Shown: positions 47,156 to 56,393 of the stretch, in pieces
Numbering within the stretch: position 1 is the first letter of the stretch
Layout: every line of letters starts with the position of its first letter
Origin: an uncultured Gammaproteobacteria bacterium
GTDB taxonomy: Bacteria > Patescibacteriota > Patescibacteriia > UBA9934 > CAZDDW01
Assembly (NCBI GenBank): GCA_965231015.1
Contig: OZ246408.1
Coordinates: forward strand, 280,158 to 344,157
Direction: 5' to 3'
Length of the DNA: 64,000 nucleotides
The notes under the pieces: generated by a model
Database searches by the model: none
What the model was told of the DNA's origin: nothing
Seen by the model: the letters and a program-made list of their open reading frames with translations, nothing else
Position numbers and translations under genes: made by a program

Positions 47156-49276
47156 ATGAGCTCCACTATGGCCAAGGAATTTGTTATAAAAAAGAGTGGA
47201 CCGGCGAGCTCGAAAGTTGATTATGCGACCGAGTTAAATCCGGCGCAGCTAGAAGCAGTCAGGGGAGGGGACGGCCCTTGTTTAGTTTTGGCAGGCGCTG
47301 GTTCAGGTAAAACCAGAACAATCACATACCGAGTTGCATATTTAATCGAACACGGTGTTGATCCGTCGAATATCCTACTACTGACTTTCACGAACAAAGC
47401 CGCGAACGAAATGCTTTCCCGAGTCGAGCAGTTGCTCGAAACTTATCCGGCTGACCTTTGGGGTGGAACATTTCATTCAGTAGCCAATCGAATTTTAAGG
47501 AAATATGCCAAGAAGATCGGATACGATTCTAATTTTACAATTTTGGATCAAGAAGACAGTAAAGATTTGATTAAAGTGTGTATCAAAGATCTCAAAATCG
47601 ATACCAAGGCTAAGCGTTTTCCGTCCCCGGCCGTGATTCAGGGTTTAATCAGCTTTTCTCGCAATGCTTCGGTCTCTCTCGAGCAAGCTATTGAGAAAAA
47701 GCAGCCGAACTTTATCGAGCTCACCGAAACAATTGGTCGGGTAGCTGATTTATACGCTGAGCGAAAGAAACAGGCTAACGCCATGGATTTTGATGACATG
47801 CTCTTGAATTTGCTCGAGTTGTTACGTGAACATGAAGAAGTAAAAGCTAAACTCTCGGAACAGTTCAAGTATATTTTAGTTGATGAGTTTCAGGATACCA
47901 ACACCGTGCAGGCTGAGATTGTGAAACACTTGGCATCGAAGCACCAGAATATTCTTGTGGTCGGAGACGATGCTCAGAGTATTTACTCGTTCCGTGCAGC
48001 AGAGATTCGCAATATTCTAGATTTCCCAAAAAGTTTCGAAGACACTAAAACATATCGGCTTACCACCAACTATCGTTCTACCCCCCAAGTTCTTAAAGTA
48101 GCTAACGCGGTCATCAAACAAAACGCGAATCAGTTTCAAAAAGATCTTGAGGCTGTGGTCGATAATTTCGAAAAGCCAAACCTGGTCCCAACTTCGAACG
48201 CGAAACAAGAGGCAGAATATATTGCTGAACAATTGCTCAGGCTACGGGATGAAGGGGTGCAACTTTCTGATATGGCGGTCTTATTTCGAGCTGCCTTTCA
48301 TTCGCAGGCTTTAGAAATGGAGCTTATGAAGCGTGACGTTCCGTATGAATATCGGGGAGGACTCAAGTTTTTCGAGCGGGCTCATGTTAAAGACGTGGTG
48401 GCACACCTCAAGCTTTACTCGAATCCAAAGGATGAAACTGCCTGGATGAGAGTGCTTGGTCATCAGCCGGGTATTGGACTTGTGACTGCGGGCAAGATCA
48501 TTAATCTTGTAAAAGGACATGACAGTTTGAAGGAAATTGTTCAGGCCGAGATTGACTCCCAGTTGCCAGCTCGAGCCGCTTCGGGTTGGCTCGGGCACAC
48601 ACGTATTGCTAGAAAGCTTGCTTTTGCTAACCCTATGCCGGCTGATCTGATTAGGGCCATCGCGGCGTCAGATTACTACCTGTATCTTGAAGCCGAATAT
48701 CCTGATTATAAAGATCGGTTAGATGACATTGAGCAGATGGCAGTTTATGCAGAAGGGTATGATGATCTTGGAAAGTTCTTGCAAGAGGTAACGTTGAAAG
48801 ATGATTATGGGACAGTGCGAGAAAAGGAAGTTTATGATGATGAATGCCTGGTGTTGTCCACAATCCATCAGGCTAAAGGCTTAGAGTGGAACGCGGTTTT
48901 TATTATGAATCTGACGCAAGGAGGGTTTCCGAATCAACGGGCCATGAATGAGGATAAAGGAGTAGAGGAAGAACGGCGGTTATTTTATGTAGCAGCTACT
49001 CGTGCCCGCAAACATCTATTTTTCACCTATCCTTTAACGAGCGGATATGATACTCTGGTCTTAAACCAGCCTTCCATGTTTTTGGGCGAGATTCCAGAGG
49101 ATTTAATCGAGCAAGTGAAAGTAAAAGAAGAGTTCAGCACATCACGAAGTACGAATAAAGGGTTCAGTAGAAGCGCAGATGATTGGGATGAACCAACCAT
49201 TGTTTTGGATGATGATGGGGAGCGGGTTTCCAAGCCAGTGCCAACTTCATTTTTAAGAGATGTTGATGAGTTATGA
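47156..49276 (+). CDS. UvrD/PcrA/Rep-family SF1 DNA helicase
   Basis: LNPAQLEAV ... AGAGSGKTRTIT (motif I), DEFQDTN (motif II), C-terminal motifs. 706 aa. Confidence 0.85.
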   Translation: MSSTMAKEFVIKKSGPASSKVDYATELNPAQLEAVRGGDGPCLVLAGAGSGKTRTITYRVAYLIEHGVDPSNILLLTFTNKAANEMLSRVEQLLETYPADLWGGTFHSVANRILRKYAKKIGYDSNFTILDQEDSKDLIKVCIKDLKIDTKAKRFPSPAVIQGLISFSRNASVSLEQAIEKKQPNFIELTETIGRVADLYAERKKQANAMDFDDMLLNLLELLREHEEVKAKLSEQFKYILVDEFQDTNTVQAEIVKHLASKHQNILVVGDDAQSIYSFRAAEIRNILDFPKSFEDTKTYRLTTNYRSTPQVLKVANAVIKQNANQFQKDLEAVVDNFEKPNLVPTSNAKQEAEYIAEQLLRLRDEGVQLSDMAVLFRAAFHSQALEMELMKRDVPYEYRGGLKFFERAHVKDVVAHLKLYSNPKDETAWMRVLGHQPGIGLVTAGKIINLVKGHDSLKEIVQAEIDSQLPARAASGWLGHTRIARKLAFANPMPADLIRAIAASDYYLYLEAEYPDYKDRLDDIEQMAVYAEGYDDLGKFLQEVTLKDDYGTVREKEVYDDECLVLSTIHQAKGLEWNAVFIMNLTQGGFPNQRAMNEDKGVEEERRLFYVAATRARKHLFFTYPLTSGYDTLVLNQPSMFLGEIPEDLIEQVKVKEEFSTSRSTNKGFSRSADDWDEPTIVLDDDGERVSKPVPTSFLRDVDEL

Positions 49277-49854
49277 GACGTATTCAAAGTTATAAGGGGA
49301 TGAGTCGTCCAAAAAAGAAAAAATTGCCATGGTACTATTTGGTAATTGCTTTAGGAGTTGTTTTGTTTGTGATCGGTTTTGTTTGGTTGCGTTCCGGTGA
49401 CAGAAAACAAGATGTGATTGACGAAATGACAGATGATTTATTCGCCGGTTCAACCGAAACCTTGGAAACTGATATTGAGCCTTCTGTACCAACCATGGAA
49501 GCAAAAGAAACCATTGATTTAGAGGATGTCACCGGAGGAGATTCAGTTGGTATTGCTACTCGAGAAATTCAAGATGGACTATTTAGACATACTGTAAAAG
49601 CAACTTTACCAGATTCAGCTGAAGACGAGTTTTACGAGGGGTGGTTGGTTCGAGGTACACCGTTTGATTTCTTTTCTACCGGTGATATGGTTACAATTTC
49701 AACCGGAGAGTATGTTTTAGAGTGGTTTTCCGGCGAAGCCGGACCAGGCTCTGCCTGGGGTGAATACGCGGACTACACGCAAGTTGTGATTACTTTAGAG
49801 CCGGACGACGGTGACCCAGCTCCGGCCGCCCATGTACTCGAAGGTGAGTTTTAA
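49273..49854 (+). CDS. Membrane-anchored hypothetical protein (193 aa)
   Basis: Basic N-terminus, one TM segment, acidic extracytoplasmic region. Confidence 0.5.
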   Translation: MRRIQSYKGMSRPKKKKLPWYYLVIALGVVLFVIGFVWLRSGDRKQDVIDEMTDDLFAGSTETLETDIEPSVPTMEAKETIDLEDVTGGDSVGIATREIQDGLFRHTVKATLPDSAEDEFYEGWLVRGTPFDFFSTGDMVTISTGEYVLEWFSGEAGPGSAWGEYADYTQVVITLEPDDGDPAPAAHVLEGEF

Positions 49855-51071
49855 GCCCAGTCGTCAAAGTGAAAGCCGCTGGAGCGTTCCTTGAACTCGA
49901 CTTTAAGTAAAGAGGCCCGAGTCCAGGAATGGTTGCCGTACCGAGTTTGAATTTTATCCAATGCAGAAACAACCTTCTGCATTTTTTGGTCTTTGGGGAA
50001 CAGATGTATTTGTTCCGGGCCTTGAGTTAGTCGTCCAGCCGTGAGTCCGAGTAGACGAACCGGTTTATTAGGATCTCGAAATTTAGAAATAAGTGACCAA
50101 GCAATTTGAAACAATCTAAGCCCATCGCTTATGGGTGCCGAAAAGCGTTTTATTTGTCCACTACCGGTGAAATCAGCGTAACGCACGTAGGCCGCAATTT
50201 CTCGGCAAAAATAACCTTCACGACGCAGCCGCCACCCAACTTTGTCAGCCAGTCCAAGCAAATTTCGTTTCATCTCGAGCGGATCCCACACGTCGCTCGG
50301 CAGAGTGTAAGAGTGCCCCATGGATTTGGGCTCGTCGCACGTCGCACGTCGCACGTCGATCGGGGCATCATCTCGCCCGTGCGCGGCTTCATGTAACCAA
50401 AAACCGTAACTTTTAAATTCGGATACAAGATCATTGAGCGGATAAGCTCGCAACTGCTCGACCGAGTATATGCCGAGCATATGTAAACGCCTCTCGATCT
50501 TTCGTCCGATTCCACAAAAGTCACTAAGCTCGACCGAATCGAGTAGTTTGGGTACGTCACGCGGTTTGACCACGATTAGTCCGTCCGGTTTTTCTATTTC
50601 TGAGGCCAGCTTGGCAATTAGCTTGTTTGGTCCAATTCCAACCGAGCAGGTGACACGAACTCCACATTCTTCACGGATTCGAGCTTTAATCATCCTGGCT
50701 ATTAATGTTGCACCCATATAATCATGAGCCTGGTGTGTGACGTCGAGAAAAGCTTCATCAACAGAAAATTGTTCAACCTGATCAGTGAACTCGTGAAAGA
50801 TATTGAGAAACGTATTCGTGATGTGGTAGTACTTACTCGAGTCTCCGGAAACCAAAATAAGACTCGGAATAATTTTTCGCGCTTCCCAGTTACTCATGGC
50901 AGTTTTTACACCCATTCGTTTAGCCTCGATTGAGGCCGCTGCTACCACCGCTCGGGACTCTCGTTTCCCGGTGACACCAATAGGTTTTCCACGCAAAAAC
51001 GGATTCGCTTGTTGCTCTACACTCGCGAAGTAACTATTCATATCCACATGCATAATTATCCGTTCATTCAT
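49851..51071 (-). CDS. dinB: DNA polymerase IV (Y-family), carrying an in-frame repeat insertion
   Basis: IMHVDMNSYFASVE N-terminus, SIDEAFLD catalytic motif. The (CGCACGT)x3 repeat at 50335-50355 encodes VRRATCD. The start is probably at MNERII. Confidence 0.85.
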   Translation of the reverse strand: MNERIIMHVDMNSYFASVEQQANPFLRGKPIGVTGKRESRAVVAAASIEAKRMGVKTAMSNWEARKIIPSLILVSGDSSKYYHITNTFLNIFHEFTDQVEQFSVDEAFLDVTHQAHDYMGATLIARMIKARIREECGVRVTCSVGIGPNKLIAKLASEIEKPDGLIVVKPRDVPKLLDSVELSDFCGIGRKIERRLHMLGIYSVEQLRAYPLNDLVSEFKSYGFWLHEAAHGRDDAPIDVRRATCDEPKSMGHSYTLPSDVWDPLEMKRNLLGLADKVGWRLRREGYFCREIAAYVRYADFTGSGQIKRFSAPISDGLRLFQIAWSLISKFRDPNKPVRLLGLTAGRLTQGPEQIHLFPKDQKMQKVVSALDKIQTRYGNHSWTRASLLKVEFKERSSGFHFDDWA

Positions 51072-51134
51072 ATCTGTGTGTTCATATCTGCCCACTGAAG
51101 CTTTAGCGAGGGTGGGTCGATGTGCATGATGATT

Positions 51135-51383
51135 CTATCCATCCGTGTATAGTTCCACAATTCGCCATTCTAAAAATTCCGGGTCGAAACGAAGTTTAAA
51201 ATAATTAGTTAGATCTGAAACCGAGAAATAAAAAACTCGCTTAGTGCCTTCGCGAGCGTGGTGCACCATGTTGACCTGCTTAACTTGATATTTTTTTCCA
51301 TTCCATTTAAAAACTCGCGGGGCAACACGTTTACCCGCAAATATAACAGATACATCGATTGGGTCATTGATTATTTCGTACAT
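51135..51383 (-). CDS. Small hypothetical protein (82 aa), first gene of the dinB operon
   Basis: ORF directly upstream of dinB on the same strand. Confidence 0.45.
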   Translation of the reverse strand: MYEIINDPIDVSVIFAGKRVAPRVFKWNGKKYQVKQVNMVHHAREGTKRVFYFSVSDLTNYFKLRFDPEFLEWRIVELYTDG

Positions 51384-51608
51384 GTGATGTAGGGGTTAAT
51401 TGCATTAACCCTTTAGACACAGAAACCGCAGATAAAAGATCTACGATTTCGTGTTACCCCTGTCCGACCGGTTTTGCCGGGCGGAAGAAAGTCCGTCATC
51501 ATGTTCTGGTCCAGACCCAAGTGGGAGGAGATGAACCCGGGCAGAACAAGAGATAACAGACTTCCTCCCGCCCTCAATAAATGACTTTATTGGCGGAGGC
51601 TCCCAAGA

Positions 51609-51767
51609 TTAAAAAGAACGAGTGAGCAAAGTACGGGTCATTTGTTTAAAACGACGTCGACTCAGCCGAACATTCATGCGACGGCGCACGCGTTCTGCTT
51701 TACGGACACTGCGCAAGGGCATAAAGGACATGGTGGCGTCATAATGACGCATGGTAGTGGATGACAT
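51609..51767 (-). CDS. Unannotated small basic protein (52 aa, MSSTTMRHYDATMSFMPLRSVRKAERVRRRMNVRLSRRRFKQMTRTLLTRSF)
   Basis: Perfect RBS AGGAGG 5 nt upstream of the ATG. Below the 60-aa cutoff of the ORF track. Arg-rich. Confidence 0.4.
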   Translation of the reverse strand: MSSTTMRHYDATMSFMPLRSVRKAERVRRRMNVRLSRRRFKQMTRTLLTRSF

Positions 51768-51883
51768 AGGCCTCCTAAATTAATTATCAATTTACAAATT
51801 TTCAATTTTCAATGAAGGTGGGTGGCTTTAAACAACCGTGAGTGCTCGGAAATCTCAACAGTTATTAATTTTTAATTATTAGT

Positions 51884-52525
51884 TTACACGGTTGCGAATT
51901 TACGAATCACAGCGCGGACAATTCCTTGAATGTTTAGGTCACCCTTAACAATAATCGGTTGCATGGTTGAATTAGCCGGTTGTAAACGAATACTGTTGCC
52001 TTCTCGGTAAAATCTTTTTAAAGTTGCGTAAGCATTATCAAGAAGAGCAACGACAACGTCTCCGTTTTTTGGTGATGGATTACGTTCAATGACTACATAA
52101 TCGCCATCAAAAATTCCGTCTTCGATCATGGAGCGACCCTTTACCTTTAAAACATATGAATTGTCAGAATCAACCACGAAATCACTTGGTACGGCCATGG
52201 CTTCCTTATCTTCAATCGCTTCAATCGGTTCACCCGCAGTAATTATGCCAGCCAAAGGAAGCATTAGGGCTGGAGCTGTGTTGGTTGCAGCTTTGCTTTC
52301 TGGATTTTCATCAACTATTTCCAGATTACGGGCACAACCGTCTGCACTGGCCTCGAGAACACCTTTTTCGCAAAGGGCTTGAACATGTTGGTGAATGGTT
52401 GATGGGGAAGAGACACCAATGTTGGTAGCGATTTCTCGGTATGATGGAGCGTACCCGCGGTCTTCACTGTATTTTTTAATAAAGTCCAGAACCTCTTTTT
52501 GTTTTTTAGTAAGTGGGGGAGTCAT
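51884..52525 (-). CDS. lexA: LexA repressor
   Basis: N-terminal winged HTH (LTKKQKEVLDFI), Ala-Gly cleavage region, S24 peptidase Ser/Lys (VKGRSM ... KRF). Confidence 0.85.
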   Translation of the reverse strand: MTPPLTKKQKEVLDFIKKYSEDRGYAPSYREIATNIGVSSPSTIHQHVQALCEKGVLEASADGCARNLEIVDENPESKAATNTAPALMLPLAGIITAGEPIEAIEDKEAMAVPSDFVVDSDNSYVLKVKGRSMIEDGIFDGDYVVIERNPSPKNGDVVVALLDNAYATLKRFYREGNSIRLQPANSTMQPIIVKGDLNIQGIVRAVIRKFATV

Positions 52526-52569
52526 ATGTTTTTTTGATTATTTCTTAGGGGTCAAAGAAATACGGCTTG

Positions 52570-52610
52570 TTCGCCTTATGTTCGTATGATAACACGAACA
52601 AAAACCGAAC
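52570..52610. promoter_or_regulatory. Candidate SOS operator: palindrome TGTTCG-N10-CGAACA (52579-52600) plus flanking TTCG/CGAAC half-sites upstream of lexA
   Basis: GTTCGTATGATAACACGAAC is a perfect 5-6-bp-arm palindrome in the lexA promoter region. Gram-positive-type LexA boxes are CGAAC-N4-GTTCG, so this would be a spacing variant. Confidence 0.35.
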
Positions 52611-52639
52611 ACAAGAGGTTGGTTTTAAGCTTAAAATGT

Positions 52640-52680
52640 GGATAAGTTTTAAAGAAAAAACCTCTAATGCATAAAGCGAT
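52640..52680 (-). terminator. Intrinsic terminator after the dipeptidase gene
   Basis: AACCTCTA ... TAGAGGTT stem. On the minus strand it is followed by TTTTTCTTT. Confidence 0.45.
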
Positions 52681-52689
52681 AGAGGTTGT

Positions 52690-53619
52690 TCAGAGAAGAT
52701 TGGCTCGCAGGACTCGTTCCCAGTTGCCGCAGGCGATAAGGTCAAGTTCATGCTCTCTCAGGCCCCGTCGTTCCAGGGTATAGAGCAAGAGGTCAAGTTC
52801 CTCAACCCGGCTGGCGCGTGGAATCAGCTGTTTAGATTCAATACCGCCGAAATCCGAACCAAGAGCAACGTGTTGTAAACCAATCAGGTCAATCACGTAC
52901 ATGATATGGTCGGCAAAATCATCAAGATTTGGTAGGCGGTTTTTGAGTACAAAGCCGGGTACCAAAGAGATTCCGATCAATCCACCATGGTCAGCCAAAA
53001 TCCGTAGTTGGTCATTAGTGTAGTTGCGGCGTCGATTGGATTTTGCTCGAGCGTTGCCGTGGCTGATTACAGGAGGCTTGGTGACCACGTTTATTATATC
53101 GAAGAAGGTTTCAGGATTGGCGTGTGCCAGATCAACGATCATTTGGTTGCGGTTCATCCAGTGTATTACGTCACGGCCGAGTGGGGTGAGGCGACCATAA
53201 TCTTTACATCCACCACCAAGGCGATTACTCTCATTACCAACAATGCCAGCACTCAAGACTCCGTACATACGCCAGATGACAAGCTGATCCTGCCAGTTGT
53301 CTTGATTCAGACAGCAAAGCCCTTCGAGGTGCAGCACGAGTCCGGTTTGATCACCTTGGTGCATAACTCGATCAAAGTCTCCGAAGGTCTTGATCAGAAC
53401 CAGGGTCGGATGCGTGTAAGTTAAATGTTGGTAGGCATGAATATCCCGCTCAACATAACCGCACTTTTTTCGTTCATTCGGATCATCCGTGAAGATGCTG
53501 GCAAAGAGGGCTCTGACCTGGCTTCGATCGAGCTGGCGTGGAGAAGTCTGGTACACCTTCGGTTTTTTCCTCAGGTGGTCCAGTAGATCCTGATGGCCAT
53601 CCATTATTTGAAAGGACAT
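52690..53619 (-). CDS. Membrane dipeptidase (peptidase M19 family)
   Basis: DGHQDL N-terminus, DLAHANPETF, ALGSDFGG motifs. About 58% GC. Confidence 0.7.
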   Translation of the reverse strand: MSFQIMDGHQDLLDHLRKKPKVYQTSPRQLDRSQVRALFASIFTDDPNERKKCGYVERDIHAYQHLTYTHPTLVLIKTFGDFDRVMHQGDQTGLVLHLEGLCCLNQDNWQDQLVIWRMYGVLSAGIVGNESNRLGGGCKDYGRLTPLGRDVIHWMNRNQMIVDLAHANPETFFDIINVVTKPPVISHGNARAKSNRRRNYTNDQLRILADHGGLIGISLVPGFVLKNRLPNLDDFADHIMYVIDLIGLQHVALGSDFGGIESKQLIPRASRVEELDLLLYTLERRGLREHELDLIACGNWERVLRANLL

Positions 53620-53731
53620 TGGTTAATCCTCCGTGAGCGATCTTAGCGCAATTACGTAATTTTGGCCAGAAAAAGAAAAACCGCTCGCCTTGGGAGTTAC
53701 CCATTAGCAAGCGGCCGCGTTGGGTGTCGAT

Positions 53732-54214
53732 TTAGCTGTCACTACGACTGATCGGAACCACATCCGAGTTGGCGTCCCTCATATCCATGCACACATCGTG
53801 CATTGTTTTCAATATATCAAATGCGTGACTTCGCCCTTCTCGGTTGTAGTAGAACTGGCCAGGCTTCCAGCTAACGTGGAAGCTGAATCGGTTCATGGGC
53901 GTTTCTTTGTCCAGATCGATCCAGTCAGGTTTCTCATCCTTGGGTTCGATCTTGCCGCCCCAGCTCCTGACTTCCTGGAGTGCGGTCAGGAAGAGTGTTT
54001 CTCTCCAAGAAACGAACCGTTCCGTTCCAATCAGTTCGGCCAACCTCTTCAGGTTCACGCATACCCGTTCCTGTTCACAGAATTCCCCTCGTATCTGTCG
54101 AAAAGCAACCTGGACAGCCACTCCCTCCGTGATCCAGTCACCTGGTTCCGGTTTCGGATTACCCGGTCCCATTGGAACTATTGCTTCAGCTTTTCTGGCT
54201 GCATCAGCGATCAT
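53732..54214 (-). CDS. Hypothetical protein (160 aa)
   Basis: Same strand as its neighbours, GAGGGGG RBS. The overlapping plus-strand ORF is judged spurious (GC-rich region). Confidence 0.4.
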   Translation of the reverse strand: MIADAARKAEAIVPMGPGNPKPEPGDWITEGVAVQVAFRQIRGEFCEQERVCVNLKRLAELIGTERFVSWRETLFLTALQEVRSWGGKIEPKDEKPDWIDLDKETPMNRFSFHVSWKPGQFYYNREGRSHAFDILKTMHDVCMDMRDANSDVVPISRSDS

Positions 54215-54368
54215 GACGTTTTGGCCCCCTCTCTCAAACAGCTTTTAGAACGAACTGATGCGGATTTTATCAATTATGTTTAAGTATGTCAAGATGAATG
54301 CTTTTTAAACTAAATCCCGCTGGCGGCCGAGTGGCTACCAGCGGGGTTTTTGGTTTGGAGGGAAAGGG

Positions 54369-55889
54369 CTAGAGGAGGGGGAGGACCCACTCGGGTACGT
54401 GACCGATCTGGAGCGGGGTACAGGCGAACTCGGCCATTTCCGCGTAGCGGTTGCGGTAGTTTAGGCTCACTTTCTGGCAGACCCGACGGAGAACACGCTT
54501 GATCTCGTCCATGTCCTCGTCAGTGAGGCTTGGAACGCGGTCGCGTAGTTCAGTTTCCGAGTTCAAGAGTAAATCAGCCCAGATCCAGATGCCGGCCTGG
54601 TCGAGCTTGATTTCGACCTCCGGACTCGGGTGGTCGGATCGTTGAGCATCGTGGCGGTGGCACCGGCAGGTCAGCGAGCTCTTGAGTACGCGCCAGGCCA
54701 GCAAGTCCTCCACGAACATCGTAGGCAGGTTCATGCCCAATGATAGACCGAGCTCGGCCAAGATATCCTTGAGCTCGTTCAAGCTCTTGCGGCCAAAATT
54801 TTTGGTGCGCAACATGTCAGCCTCGCGGCGGATCACCACTTCGAAGAGGAACATGACGTTCTGGTTCTCGAGGCAGTTATGGGTGCGTCGCGAGAGTTCG
54901 AGGCCACTGACCGGCTTCATCAGGTTCTGGATTATGGCCGGATCGAGGTTGACCTTGGGAGTGGACACGGTCCGGCCGGGCTGCCACAGCTCGAGGCGCA
55001 GAACCTGTTGTTCCAGCTTCTCAACCTGTGCCCGGGTCTGATCCAGGCTCCAGCGCAGGCTTCGCATCTCGTTCGGCTCCGGCGTCCACCACAGGTCCTC
55101 AAAGTGCTGCTTGTCCGTTGGACGGCGCAGCTTGCGCAAAGCCTTGGCCCGGAACTGCCGGACGCGCTCGCTCGAGTAGTTCATTTCGCGAGCGAGCTCG
55201 CTCTGCTTCGTGGGTGGGTTGCCGTCGAGGCCGTAGAGCTCGGTGATCACAATGAATTCCCGCGGCGTCAGTCTCGAGCGGAGGCACTCATCGATCCACT
55301 CGTGGTCGTCGATCCGCCAGTGCGGACAGATCTTGCTGCCCGCCATCAGATCATGATCTTCCTTGACGATCAGGTCCTTCAGCTCGATGACGTTGATTGG
55401 GCTCGGGTACTCGCCGAGCTCGATGGCCCGCAGGACCATGTCGAGCAGGTCCGGAGCGGGTTCGTTCTCAAGATTGATCCCGAGCACCGCGGCCACGAGG
55501 GGCACGTACGGCTCCTGCTCCGGGTACACCCGCGGACGCAGGAAGGGCCGCAAGCCCCGGGTCACACCGTGCGCGAAGTCGACCATACCGAGCTCCTCGA
55601 AGACGTACTCCTGAAGGGCGCAGAACAGCTTGGCCTCGACGCTGTCGACCGCGGGAGTCTCGACCGTGAACTTGGCCAGACGCTGCACGATACCCGTGAG
55701 GCGTTCACTTTTGCCCGGTCGGTCCGGGAAGCACTTGGTCATGCCGCCACGGGCCTGAACGTCGTTGCGGATCGCTCCATCCGACCAGCCGACGTACTTG
55801 GCGGTCTCCGGATAGGTGAAGCCCAGCTTAACGAGTTCGTGAACCAGAGGCCAGCGCTCGCGGCGATTCTGATGGTAATCTCGTCTCAT
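54369..55889 (-). CDS. Transcription-factor-like protein combining a sigma-70 region-4 HTH and an RNAP alpha-subunit C-terminal-domain-like (alpha-CTD) segment
   Basis: LTPREFIVITELYGLDGNPPTKQSELAREMNYSSERVRQFRAKALRKLR matches sigma region 4. LELSRRTHNCLENQNVMFLFEVVIRREADMLRTKNFGRKSLNELKDILAELGLSLG matches the alpha-CTD HhH. About 58% GC. Confidence 0.55.
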   Translation of the reverse strand: MRRDYHQNRRERWPLVHELVKLGFTYPETAKYVGWSDGAIRNDVQARGGMTKCFPDRPGKSERLTGIVQRLAKFTVETPAVDSVEAKLFCALQEYVFEELGMVDFAHGVTRGLRPFLRPRVYPEQEPYVPLVAAVLGINLENEPAPDLLDMVLRAIELGEYPSPINVIELKDLIVKEDHDLMAGSKICPHWRIDDHEWIDECLRSRLTPREFIVITELYGLDGNPPTKQSELAREMNYSSERVRQFRAKALRKLRRPTDKQHFEDLWWTPEPNEMRSLRWSLDQTRAQVEKLEQQVLRLELWQPGRTVSTPKVNLDPAIIQNLMKPVSGLELSRRTHNCLENQNVMFLFEVVIRREADMLRTKNFGRKSLNELKDILAELGLSLGMNLPTMFVEDLLAWRVLKSSLTCRCHRHDAQRSDHPSPEVEIKLDQAGIWIWADLLLNSETELRDRVPSLTDEDMDEIKRVLRRVCQKVSLNYRNRYAEMAEFACTPLQIGHVPEWVLPLL

Positions 55890-56065
55890 GACTCCCTAGT
55901 CCTTTCCTGGGTTGTGTTTTTGGGAAGGAGCAAGACTGTAAAGACTAGCAATTTCAAGCTTAGTTGTCAAGGTTTTTAGCTGTCTTCAGCCTAATATCTT
56001 GACAAAAGCTTGTTTTTTGTGTAGGTTGTTTTCTTGCCAAATGACTGGCAAAACCAGGGTGAACC

Positions 56066-56314
56066 ATGGGAAAAGTAAGTCAGGTTCGCAGAAGAGTGAG
56101 GGTTCGTTTGAATGATGGACGGTCCCTGTTCGTCTACAGAATGGACTACAGCAGTCTGGACTATGCCTGGAAGATGCTCAGACATCTGCAAAAGACACAC
56201 CCGGATGATCTGGTCAACTTGAGCCAGGGCTGGGACCATGGTTCGGAAGAGTTCCAATACAAAGATATCGACCTTTCTTCCAAGGACGACTTCATGGCAC
56301 TCAACGCTATGTAG
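56066..56314 (+). CDS. Small hypothetical protein (82 aa)
   Basis: ORF divergent from the sigma/alpha-CTD gene. Weak RBS. Confidence 0.35.
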   Translation: MGKVSQVRRRVRVRLNDGRSLFVYRMDYSSLDYAWKMLRHLQKTHPDDLVNLSQGWDHGSEEFQYKDIDLSSKDDFMALNAM

Positions 56315-56393
56315 TCATGACATCACACTCTCGGGGTACGAAAGTTTTTCGTACCTTTTTAGTTTCTCTTTGATCGTGATAGAATACATAAGT

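Noticed and set aside
54879-55979. 366-aa plus-strand ORF antisense to the sigma/alpha-CTD gene
   Set aside because: Arg/Leu/Pro-rich composition, typical of antisense frames in GC-rich coding DNA. The minus-strand product has recognisable domains.
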